DNA of 64,000 bases, taken from NCBI GenBank assembly GCA_031555505.1, contig JAVBUH010000007.1:25378-89377 (forward strand). Reading direction: 5' to 3'. The translations under genes and the position numbers were made by a program. Numbering within the stretch: position 1 is the first letter of the stretch; each line of letters starts with the position of its first letter. This document shows, piece after piece, positions 28,206 through 36,031 of the stretch. The stretch comes from Tannerellaceae bacterium. Its GTDB lineage: Bacteria; Bacteroidota; Bacteroidia; Bacteroidales; Tannerellaceae. The notes under the pieces are model-generated. The model did no database searches. It was given only the letters and a program-made list of their open reading frames with translations, and was not told where the DNA came from.

Positions 28206-29453
28206 TTATTCGCTTACTTTCAGTTTGTTCTTATCCTTATAGCTGGTCATATCAGACACGACCACCTGGTCGCCAGCCTGAAGGCCACCTGTTACTTCCA
28301 CATATTCGAAGTTGCTGTCGCCCAGTTGTACTTTACGTTTCAGCAGTTGGTCGCCGTTTACTACAAAGAGTTCGTATTCACCTTTGCCCATATAATAAGA
28401 TGAGTTGGCTATACGCATCACGTCGTCTTTGACTGCGTTCATCACATATACATCCGTCTTGAGGCCGGATCGGAGGCGGCGGTGGTTGTCTTCGTTTAAC
28501 TGGACAGAGAAGGAGATGACACCGTTTTTCGAAAGTGGCGTCACATCGCTCACCACACCGTCGAGCTTGTCGTTGCCGATCTTCACCACTGCACGGCTGC
28601 CGGCGGCGATGCGGTCGCCATACGTATCGGCAATCTCTCCTTCGATCTTGAAATGCGACAGGTCAGACACGATCGCCACGCGGTTACCCTGTGCTACCTG
28701 CGCGCCGATCTCATTGTTCACATACGTGAGGATTGCTTTGCGGGGCGAACGGATCTGGGCATCTTCCAGCGTACGTTTCATCTCGGCCAGTCCTTTGCGG
28801 AAGATACTGAGTTCGAGTTCTTTCACTTTCATCTCAGCATCTACGAGCGCTTTCTCGTTGGAATACTTCTGTTCGTCTTCGTCGAGCTTGAGTTTGCTCA
28901 CGTTGTAATCGAGTTCCACCTGACGTACCTTATCGGTAGTACCGGCGCCAAGGCTGTCGAGGTAACGTTCGTTGCGAAGTTCTACTTCTTTACGGTTGAG
29001 CGTCATGCGTGAAACCTTGAGCTGCATTTCCATTTCGGACAGCTTACCTTGGTTGGAGACACCCAGTTGTTGCAACTGAAGACGTTTCATTTGTTCTTCG
29101 TCAAGCAGCTTGTTGTAGTCGGTCTCTGCTGTCTGGAGGTCGAGTTTCAGGATCGGCGTCCCTGCATCCACCGAGTCGCCGCCCTTTTTATAGATTTCCA
29201 CAATACGCGAATTGATGGGCGACGTGATGATTTCTTCAAAGGCGGGTACCACCTTGCCCGAAGCGCTGACCGATACTTCGATCACGCCCACATCCACGGT
29301 AGAGATCTGGAGATCCCGCCGGTTCAGACTGGTTTGCAACAATGAAATAATAAGCACGATCAGAACCACGGCAATCCCGACACCTGATCCGACCTTAATG
29401 ATTTGTTTGCGCGATTCTTTCTGACGCACTTCTTTTGAAATTTCTCTGTCCAT
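28206..29453 (-). CDS. HlyD-family periplasmic adaptor (membrane fusion protein), first gene of the operon
   Basis: ORF 28206..29528 trimmed to ATG 29453 (MDREISKEV). Single N-terminal TM helix, a long coiled-coil region (QLQQLGVSNQGKLSEMEMQLKV...), and a C-terminal beta-barrel domain. Confidence 0.85.
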   Translation of the reverse strand: MDREISKEVRQKESRKQIIKVGSGVGIAVVLIVLIISLLQTSLNRRDLQISTVDVGVIEVSVSASGKVVPAFEEIITSPINSRIVEIYKKGGDSVDAGTPILKLDLQTAETDYNKLLDEEQMKRLQLQQLGVSNQGKLSEMEMQLKVSRMTLNRKEVELRNERYLDSLGAGTTDKVRQVELDYNVSKLKLDEDEQKYSNEKALVDAEMKVKELELSIFRKGLAEMKRTLEDAQIRSPRKAILTYVNNEIGAQVAQGNRVAIVSDLSHFKIEGEIADTYGDRIAAGSRAVVKIGNDKLDGVVSDVTPLSKNGVISFSVQLNEDNHRRLRSGLKTDVYVMNAVKDDVMRIANSSYYMGKGEYELFVVNGDQLLKRKVQLGDSNFEYVEVTGGLQAGDQVVVSDMTSYKDKNKLKVSE

Positions 29454-29486
29454 ATCTTGATGTGTTGTGTTTCTATCCGCTAAAAA

Positions 29487-29501
29487 ACAAACCCTGTGCC
29501 A
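29487..29501 (-). promoter_or_regulatory. Candidate sigma-54 (-24/-12) promoter of the HlyD-FtsX operon
   Basis: The minus strand reads TGGCACAGGGTTTGT, against the consensus TGGCAC-N5-TTGC. The GG/TG spacing is correct but the -12 element is TTGT rather than TTGC. It ends 33 nt upstream of ATG 29453. No TAnnTTTG box lies in this leader. Confidence 0.4.
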
Positions 29502-29543
29502 AAAAGGTAAAACGCTGATTTCGTGCACACAACAGCATACTCT

Positions 29544-29565
29544 AAGTGTTCACTATCGAACACTT
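29544..29565. promoter_or_regulatory. Perfect 8-bp inverted repeat AAGTGTTC-N6-GAACACTT, candidate operator or enhancer site
   Basis: Read directly from the sequence. It lies about 45-65 nt upstream of the sigma-54-like element on the transcribed strand. Confidence 0.35.
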
Positions 29566-29685
29566 TGTTCGGTTTCAGGCAGCAAGTGTAACACATACCG
29601 TCGATGGGAACAGGACCGGTAACGGAAGTTTGTCGGAACTTGAAGCAAGCCGCATTCACATATGTCGGAATGTGAATGCCGTCGG

Positions 29686-29753
29686 TTGAGGTGCAGGCCT
29701 CAGTAGGGTTGGGACGCAGGCCTCGCGGAAGTGAGACGCAGGCCTCGATTTAG
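29686..29753. repeat. Three phased ~22-bp bricks with core GCAGGCCTC
   Basis: The GCAGGCCTC core occurs at 29693, 29716 and 29738 (spacing 23 and 22). The same core is seen in the arrays at 35523-35622 and 59441-59545. Confidence 0.8.
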
Positions 29754-29985
29754 TCAGACCTGCATGAAGTGCTTGCATGCTGATGATGATCCGAAAAAGA
29801 TCGTGATGAGTAAAAACGCCCATCTCATCGCGCAAATAACTGAAATAGGAGGATTGTCGTTCGTTTACTTTTTGTTAATGCGCCATGACGCGGAAACTTA
29901 TTCATTAACCGCATGTTATAGTTAATATGACGCGTCGAATATTAATTATTAATATGGACAATTTTATTAAACAACAGTTATTTAT

Positions 29986-30396
29986 ATGAAAAAGAATACA
30001 TTTGCACCAGTTTTCCTTGCCATGTTGGTTTTCGCGTCTTGTGGAAATGATGACAACAATGACAATGGTACACCTCCGCCTACTTCAGTAGAGAAAAAAA
30101 TTACTACTTTGGACATGTCCTTTTCTCCATCTACCCTGAATGCGGTTGTTGGAGAGAAGATTACATTTATAATCGGAGCCGGACATACTGCCACACGAGT
30201 AGATGAGGCAACATGGAATGCAAACGGGACAACATCCAATGGCGGGTTCGATTATTCGGAAGGTAGCTATACGTACGAAGTTCAGCCTTCAGATGTAGGC
30301 ACAATCTACTATGTTTGCCTGCTTCATGTTACAATGGGGATGAAAGGAACGATCATTGTGACGACTTCTTCGTCATCACAAAACGGAGGCTATTGA
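29986..30396 (+). CDS. Cupredoxin (type-1 blue copper, plastocyanin/pseudoazurin-like) lipoprotein
   Basis: 136 aa with lipobox LVFASC. Copper ligand pattern H (GAGHTA) ... C-x2-H-x4-M (YYVCLLHVTMGM). The gene and its flanks look AT-richer than neighbouring DNA by eye. Confidence 0.75.
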   Translation: MKKNTFAPVFLAMLVFASCGNDDNNDNGTPPPTSVEKKITTLDMSFSPSTLNAVVGEKITFIIGAGHTATRVDEATWNANGTTSNGGFDYSEGSYTYEVQPSDVGTIYYVCLLHVTMGMKGTIIVTTSSSSQNGGY

Positions 30397-30528
30397 ACTC
30401 CGTTATAATCAGGTTGTTGTTCGTTAGGACCGGATAGCAACCTGATTATTTTCCGAAGTGAGTTCTTCGGATTGTAATAATTCCGCCCGATGTGGAGACT
30501 AATAGGTAAGCGTCACAGGAAAAATATG

Positions 30529-30536
30529 TACATTTG
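30529..30536 (+). promoter_or_regulatory. Bacteroides-type -7 promoter box
   Basis: TACATTTG, 20 nt before ATG 30557 (dnaG). Confidence 0.55.
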
Positions 30537-30556
30537 TGACTGCAAAAGACAATCGC

Positions 30557-32689
30557 ATGATAGACCAACTCACCATCGACCGGATATTGGATGCTGCAAA
30601 CATTGTAGACGTCGTGTCCGAATTCGTCACTCTCAACCGGCGCGGGGTGAACTACGTGGGCTTGTGTCCGTTCCATACCGACAAGTCGCCTTCGTTCTAT
30701 GTATCTCCCGCCAAGAACATCTGTAAATGTTTTGCCTGCGGCGAAGGCGGTACGGCCGTGCACTTCATCATGAAGCACGAGCAAATCAGTTACTTTGACG
30801 CCCTGCGCTTCCTGGCCAAGAAATACAACATTGAGATACAGGAGCGTGAGCTGAGCGACAAGGAAAAACAAATCCGCAGTGACCGTGAGAGTATGCTCAT
30901 CGTCAACGGCTGGGCGCAACAATACTTCACCACCCAACTGTTCGAACACGAAGAAGGCCGTAGCATCGGTCTGCGTTATTTCATAGAACGAGGCTTCCGC
31001 GAAGACACCATCCGCAAATTTCAACTCGGTTACAGCCTCGAGCAGCGTGACGCACTTTTTCAGGCTGCTTCCAAAAGCGGTTACAAATCCGAATTCCTGG
31101 AAAAGACCGGACTGGTGATCGCCTACGACAATGGACGGATGAACGACCGTTTCCGCGGACGCGTAATCTTCCCCGTGCATACCCTGAGCGGCAAAGTGGT
31201 AGCCTTCGGCGGACGTGTACTGAAGAAAGATGAGAAGACGGCCAAATACGTAAACTCGCCCGAAAGCGAAATATACCACAAGAGCAACGAACTATACGGC
31301 ATCTACTTTGCCAAGCAGGCGATCTCCCGCGAAGACATGTGCTACCTGGTAGAAGGATATACGGACGTGATCTCGATGCACCAGGCAGGGATCGAAAACG
31401 TAGTGGCATCGTCGGGTACGGCGCTCACGCCGGGGCAGATCAAGTTGATACGTCGCTTCACCAACAACATCACCGTGCTCTACGACGGCGACGCGGCCGG
31501 TATCAAAGCCGCCATCCGCGGGATCGATATGTTGCTGGAGGAAGGGATGAACATCCGCGTGCTGCTGCTGCCGGATGGAGAAGACCCCGACTCGTTCGCC
31601 CGCAAGCACAACGCCACGGAGTTTGCCGCTTACATCAAAGCCAACGAGACGGACTTTATCCGCTTCAAGACCAAGCTCCTGCTGGAAGATGCCGGCAACG
31701 ACCCGATCAAGCGCACGGCGCTGATCTCAGACATCATCCGTTCCATCGCTATCATCCCCGACAACATTACCCGCACCGTCTACATCCGCGAGTGCAGCGC
31801 CATGCTGGAAGTAGACGAACGTGCCATCCTGACCGAAGTGAACAAACTGCGCCTGGCACAGGAAGAAAAGCGTGGTACACAACCGGTGGCTTATACCCCT
31901 TCGACCGGTACGGATATGCTCCCGCCGGACTATCCGGCTATCACCGAGCTGCCCCCGGCAGACGGCAGTCACCCATACGCGCCCGACAACCTGCCGCCTC
32001 CGCCCGAAGACATTCCTGTGGAAGGAACCGGCGTGGTGATACCTGAACAGTTAAAACCCCAAAGCGCCAAGCGCTCGCCTTACGAAGTACACGAACTCAC
32101 ACTTCTCCGGTATATCGTGCGCTACGGCGAACGGTTGCTCTTTGACGAACAGCAATACGATAAGAAAGAAGAGCTGGGCGAAGACGGCCGGATGGTGCCC
32201 GTATTCATCCCGATCCACGATCCGGAACAGACGCGGGTAGCGTCTTATATCCTACACGAACTGGAACAGGACGACATGACGTTTGCCAACCCTCTCTTCC
32301 GGATGATGCTCGAAGAAGCCGCCGCACGATGTGCCGCTGAAGGCTTCTCGGCCAGCAAGTATTTCCTGGCACATCCTGACCAGGCGGCCAGCCGGCTGGC
32401 TGCCAACCTGATAGGCGATAAATACCAGTTGAGCAAGTACCACACCAAGTTCCGCAAGATCGAAGAGGAAGAAGACAAACTGGAAATGCTCGTCACCTAC
32501 GAACTCTATGCGCTGAAGGAGGTTTATATCGTGCAACAGATCCATACCATCCACACTCAGATCAAGGAAGCGCAAGTCAACAGCGATATGGACCGTGTGA
32601 TCGGCCTGATGAAGCAATTGGTGCAACTGAATGATATCAAGAGTGCGCTGTGCAAAGAACTGGGCGAGCGCATCGTGCTTAAAATGTAA
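30557..32689 (+). CDS. dnaG: DNA primase
   Basis: ORF 30536..32689 trimmed to ATG 30557, with a -7 box ending at 30536. Zinc ribbon CPFHTDKSPSF...CKCFAC. TOPRIM motifs EGYTDVIS and YDGDAAG. Confidence 0.95.
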   Translation: MIDQLTIDRILDAANIVDVVSEFVTLNRRGVNYVGLCPFHTDKSPSFYVSPAKNICKCFACGEGGTAVHFIMKHEQISYFDALRFLAKKYNIEIQERELSDKEKQIRSDRESMLIVNGWAQQYFTTQLFEHEEGRSIGLRYFIERGFREDTIRKFQLGYSLEQRDALFQAASKSGYKSEFLEKTGLVIAYDNGRMNDRFRGRVIFPVHTLSGKVVAFGGRVLKKDEKTAKYVNSPESEIYHKSNELYGIYFAKQAISREDMCYLVEGYTDVISMHQAGIENVVASSGTALTPGQIKLIRRFTNNITVLYDGDAAGIKAAIRGIDMLLEEGMNIRVLLLPDGEDPDSFARKHNATEFAAYIKANETDFIRFKTKLLLEDAGNDPIKRTALISDIIRSIAIIPDNITRTVYIRECSAMLEVDERAILTEVNKLRLAQEEKRGTQPVAYTPSTGTDMLPPDYPAITELPPADGSHPYAPDNLPPPPEDIPVEGTGVVIPEQLKPQSAKRSPYEVHELTLLRYIVRYGERLLFDEQQYDKKEELGEDGRMVPVFIPIHDPEQTRVASYILHELEQDDMTFANPLFRMMLEEAAARCAAEGFSASKYFLAHPDQAASRLAANLIGDKYQLSKYHTKFRKIEEEEDKLEMLVTYELYALKEVYIVQQIHTIHTQIKEAQVNSDMDRVIGLMKQLVQLNDIKSALCKELGERIVLKM

Positions 32690-32707
32690 CTAATATAAGA
32701 TGTATAT

Positions 32708-33625
32708 ATGTACTTTGTAGAAACTGAAAATGTAGTCAAACAGTTTACCGGCCACCTGGCACTTAACCAGGTGAGTATACGGGTGCCGCAGGGAAAGATA
32801 TTCGGACTGCTGGGACCCAACGGTGCCGGAAAAACCACACTGATCCGGATCATCAACCGGATCACTGCGCCCGACAGTGGCCAAGTATACTTCAACGGCC
32901 GGACTTCGCAACCGGAAGATATCTTCCAGATCGGATACCTGCCCGAAGAACGGGGATTGTACAAGAAAATGAAGGTGGGCGAACAGGCCATTTACCTGGC
33001 GCAACTCAAAGGCCTGCCTTATATGGTAGCCCGCGAACGGCTCACAAAATGGTTTAAGCACTTCGACATCATGCCCTGGTGGAACCGCAAGCTGGAAGAG
33101 CTGTCAAAAGGCATGCAACAGAAGGTCCAGTTTATCATCACCGTAATCCACGAACCGGCCCTGCTCATCTTCGACGAACCGTTCAGCGGCTTCGACCCGG
33201 TGAATGCCGAACTGCTGAAGCAGGAAATTCTCGCCCTGAAACAAGCCGGACATACGATTATTTTCTCTACGCACAACATGGCGTCGGTAGAAGAGATCTG
33301 CGACGAGATTGCACTGATCAACAAATCGCAGGTAGTGCTGTCGGGCAGTGTGAAGGATATCCGTAACCGTCATAAAACAAATACCTATACGCTCGACGTG
33401 CGTACAGGCTATACCTCCCTGCCGGAATGCTGTGCCATTCTGTCTGAAACGCCGGAGGGTGATACTACCCGGCTGCATATCCACAAGGAAGAGGAAATAA
33501 GCAACTCAGCCCTGCTGGCCGAACTGGCAGGATATATGGAAATCCTGTCGTTTGCCGAAGACATTCCCTCCATGAACGACATATTTATTAACACCGTTTC
33601 CGGTACTAACTCCAAACAGCCATGA
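32708..33625 (+). CDS. ABC-2 type transporter ATP-binding protein (NatA-like)
   Basis: 305 aa with GLLGPNGAGKTTL, signature variant LSKGMQQK and Walker B LLIFDEPFSGFD. It overlaps the downstream permease gene by 4 nt. Confidence 0.9.
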   Translation: MYFVETENVVKQFTGHLALNQVSIRVPQGKIFGLLGPNGAGKTTLIRIINRITAPDSGQVYFNGRTSQPEDIFQIGYLPEERGLYKKMKVGEQAIYLAQLKGLPYMVARERLTKWFKHFDIMPWWNRKLEELSKGMQQKVQFIITVIHEPALLIFDEPFSGFDPVNAELLKQEILALKQAGHTIIFSTHNMASVEEICDEIALINKSQVVLSGSVKDIRNRHKTNTYTLDVRTGYTSLPECCAILSETPEGDTTRLHIHKEEEISNSALLAELAGYMEILSFAEDIPSMNDIFINTVSGTNSKQP

Positions 33626-34935
33626 ACAAACTGGGACTGATCATCAAACGTGAATACCTTCGCCGTGTAAGTAAGAAGTCATTCATTATCATGACGCTGT
33701 TAATGCCGTTCCTCATGGCGGCGCTTGTTTTTGTGCCCCTGTGGCTATCTACCCTCAAGGGCGACGAAGTAAGGCAGATTGCCATTATCGACCAGACCGG
33801 TAAATATGCCCACCTGTTCGAAGACACCGGCAACTACCGTTTCATCCAAAGCAACCAGTCGCTCGACAGCTACCGGCAAAACCCGGATAAAAGCCTCTTT
33901 GCCATCCTGCAAATCACCGACGACCTGCTCGCCCATCCGCAGGCTGCCACCCTCTACTCCGAGAAACAGGTACCGGGCGAACTGAGCCGGATGGTGAACC
34001 AGACGCTCAGCCGCTATCTCGAAGACGAGAAACTGGCATCCTACAACATACCCGGCCTGAAAGACATCATCAAAGAAAGCCAGGTACGATTTGACGTGCA
34101 GACCATCAAATGGAGCGACGACGGCAGCGAGCAGGTATCGTCTGCCCAGGCAGCTTCCATCATCGGCATGATCTTTACAATCATGATCTATATGTTCATC
34201 CTGATGTATGGCGCCATGGTGATGCAGGGAGTGATGGAAGAAAAGACCAACCGCATCGTAGAGCTGATGATTTCGTCTGTCCGCCCGTTCGACCTCATGA
34301 TGGGTAAGATTATCGGCATCGGCTTTGTAGGCCTGACGCAAATCCTGTTGTGGGGTATTATGACCTTTATCCTGGTCACAGCCGGCTCCTTCGCCCTCGG
34401 AGGCGGTGTAGACCCAACGGCCATGCAAGCCGGCATGATGACCAATGGTATGGATATACAGGCTGTGGCAGCCCAGACGTCCGAATCAAAAATACTGACG
34501 ATGTTGCACGCTATCAATTTCGTGGAGATCGGCCTCTTCTTTGTCCTCTATTTCGTTGGCGGATACATGCTGTATGCCGCCATGTTTGCCGCATTCGGAT
34601 CGGCCGTAGACCAACAGGAAGATACGCAGCAGTTCATGATGCCGATCACTCTCCTGTTGATATTCGCCCTCTATGCCGGTATCTATAGCATGGAAAACCC
34701 GGACGGGCCGTTGGCTTTCTGGTGTTCGATGATCCCCTTCACCTCCCCGATCGTGATGATGATCCGCATCCCGTTTGACATCCCGATGTGGGAGAAGCTC
34801 CTGTCCGTCATCCTCCTGTATGCCTCCTTTATTGCCGTCACCTGGTTTTCCGCCCGCATCTACCGCATCGGCATCCTCATGTACGGCAAAAAGCCCAGCA
34901 TCAAAGACATGATCAGGTGGCTCAACTACAAATAA
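33622..34935 (+). CDS. ABC-2 family permease (NatB-like, large first extracytoplasmic loop)
   Basis: 437 aa. TM1, then a ~150-aa loop, then five or six C-terminal TM helices. Confidence 0.8.
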   Translation: MNKLGLIIKREYLRRVSKKSFIIMTLLMPFLMAALVFVPLWLSTLKGDEVRQIAIIDQTGKYAHLFEDTGNYRFIQSNQSLDSYRQNPDKSLFAILQITDDLLAHPQAATLYSEKQVPGELSRMVNQTLSRYLEDEKLASYNIPGLKDIIKESQVRFDVQTIKWSDDGSEQVSSAQAASIIGMIFTIMIYMFILMYGAMVMQGVMEEKTNRIVELMISSVRPFDLMMGKIIGIGFVGLTQILLWGIMTFILVTAGSFALGGGVDPTAMQAGMMTNGMDIQAVAAQTSESKILTMLHAINFVEIGLFFVLYFVGGYMLYAAMFAAFGSAVDQQEDTQQFMMPITLLLIFALYAGIYSMENPDGPLAFWCSMIPFTSPIVMMIRIPFDIPMWEKLLSVILLYASFIAVTWFSARIYRIGILMYGKKPSIKDMIRWLNYK

Positions 34936-34946
34936 CCCACCATGTG

Positions 34947-34981
34947 TCAGCGGTACCAGGCCTATCGCCTGCTACCGCTGA
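34947..34981 (+). terminator. Weak hairpin downstream of the ABC-2 permease
   Basis: TCAGCGGTA ... TACCGCTGA forms a 9-bp stem with a 17-nt loop. No T-run follows. Confidence 0.25.
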
Positions 34982-35283
34982 TGCCCAATCTTCTTTCCCA
35001 CTTTCGAATCACGACGGATCACCTCTATAAAAAAACCGTTTTTATATCAGGGGGTGTGCAAATCAACGCATTTTCATGATTGTTTGAAAGTGAAGCATTC
35101 TAACCCATGAAATGAACATATCAGGGTGGTACCATAGCTTGAATGAATGCCCGGTCACGGGCATCCAATCATGCAACCGAGGATATATTCAAATTCAACC
35201 CTATCTGAAGCACCGCCAGCTTTCAATTCCAACTAAATACGATGCTTAACAGCCAAATTATATCTCATACAGTTCTATTGGGG

Positions 35284-35424
35284 GAATCTGCTTTCACCCT
35301 ATCACTTTCTGCAGTCAGTCAGGCACTTAGGGTGACAGGAGAGTGATGGCAGAACAGAAAAACAGCCTCTCCTTTCACTGTAACTCATTGACCACCTGCA
35401 GAAAGTGACAGGGTGAAAGCAATT
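35284..35424. repeat. Long hairpin element; arms homologous to the terminal repeats of the 13.2-kb MITE-like element
   Basis: The left arm GAATCTGCTTTCACCCTATCACTTTCTGCAG pairs with the right arm CTGCAGAAAGTGACAGGGTGAAAGCAATT. Both share GCTTTCAC(G/C)CT(G/A)TCACTTTCTGCA with 13252-13281 and 13705-13734. Confidence 0.75.
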
Positions 35425-35522
35425 TTCGTGTAAGAAGTTATAGCAGATGGATGCTCACTGCAAGGTGGGTTTTGGCGCTGTTCCTGCCATTGAAATGACC
35501 AGATGCATGACTTGCTCAAACC

Positions 35523-35622
35523 AGGCCTGCGCCTCACCTTTGCAAGGCCTGCGCCTCACTCTCCCTGAGGCCTGCGCCTCGTCCAGGTGAGGCGCAGGCC
35601 TCAATCAGATGAGGCCTGCGCG
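35523..35622. repeat. Five phased 22-23 bp bricks with core AGGCCTGCGCCTC (one inverted)
   Basis: Cores occur at 35523, 35545 and 35568, an inverted GAGGCGCAGGCCTC at 35589, and a degenerate copy at 35612. Confidence 0.85.
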
Positions 35623-35700
35623 TAGATACTGTAGGTGGAATGTCCGGTTTTCGATCAGCCGGATTGGCCTTCCAAATCACCATCGTCTTCGAAAAAAAAG

Positions 35701-35788
35701 ATCATAATGACCCTAAACGAAGATTATGATGTTCGTGAACGAACATTATGACGATCGTTTTGGATCGTTATGATCTTTTTTGTGGCGA
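35701..35788. repeat. Four tandem 22-bp bricks with core ATTATGA
   Basis: Units read atcataatgaccctaaacgaag, attatgatgttcgtgaacgaac, attatgacgatcgttttggatc, gttatgatcttttttgtggcga. They start at 35701, 35723, 35745 and 35767. Confidence 0.85.
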
Positions 35789-35940
35789 TTGCGGGATTTG
35801 TAACACCTTCTTTATCGGAGGGTTACAAGCTGTCAATCGGAGTAAACAGGAAAGAACCGACTCCACCCACTTCCCAGGTTGAGTCATTCTTCCGGGCCTG
35901 CATAAACAGCGAGAGGCCGCTCATTAGCGACCTCTCTGCG

Positions 35941-36011
35941 TTGGGCTACCAGGACTCGAACCTGGAAAGTCAGGACCAGAATCTGAAGTGTTACCATTAC
36001 ACCATAGCCCA
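35941..36011 (-). tRNA. tRNA-Gln (anticodon CTG)
   Basis: Hand-folded 71-nt cloverleaf. Acceptor TGGGCTA/TAGCCCA, D-arm GTGT-AATGGTA-ACAC, anticodon loop TTCTGGT, T-arm CCAGG-TTCGAGT-CCTGG. No encoded CCA. A -7 box lies 20 nt upstream. Confidence 0.85.
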
Positions 36012-36031
36012 GTGATTTTCCTTTGCGGTTG

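Larger units (their letters stand above)
35343..35805. repeat. Composite ~465-bp repeat, copy 1 (inverted relative to 59256-59718)
   Basis: I compared this stretch by hand with the reverse complement of 59256-59718. It is collinear, about 85-90% identical by eye, with small indels. Weaker similarity extends outward to about 35060 and about 59830. Confidence 0.85.

Noticed and set aside
29731-29925. 64-aa ORF upstream of the FtsX operon
   Set aside because: It starts with GTG inside the third GCAGGCCTC brick. It has no promoter box and no motifs.
30446-31279. 277-aa minus-strand ORF
   Set aside because: It is entirely antisense to the well-supported dnaG gene. It is a shadow ORF with no recognisable motifs.
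35770-36015. 81-aa plus-strand ORF
   Set aside because: It starts inside the ATTATGA brick array and runs antisense through the tRNA-Gln gene, so it is not coding.
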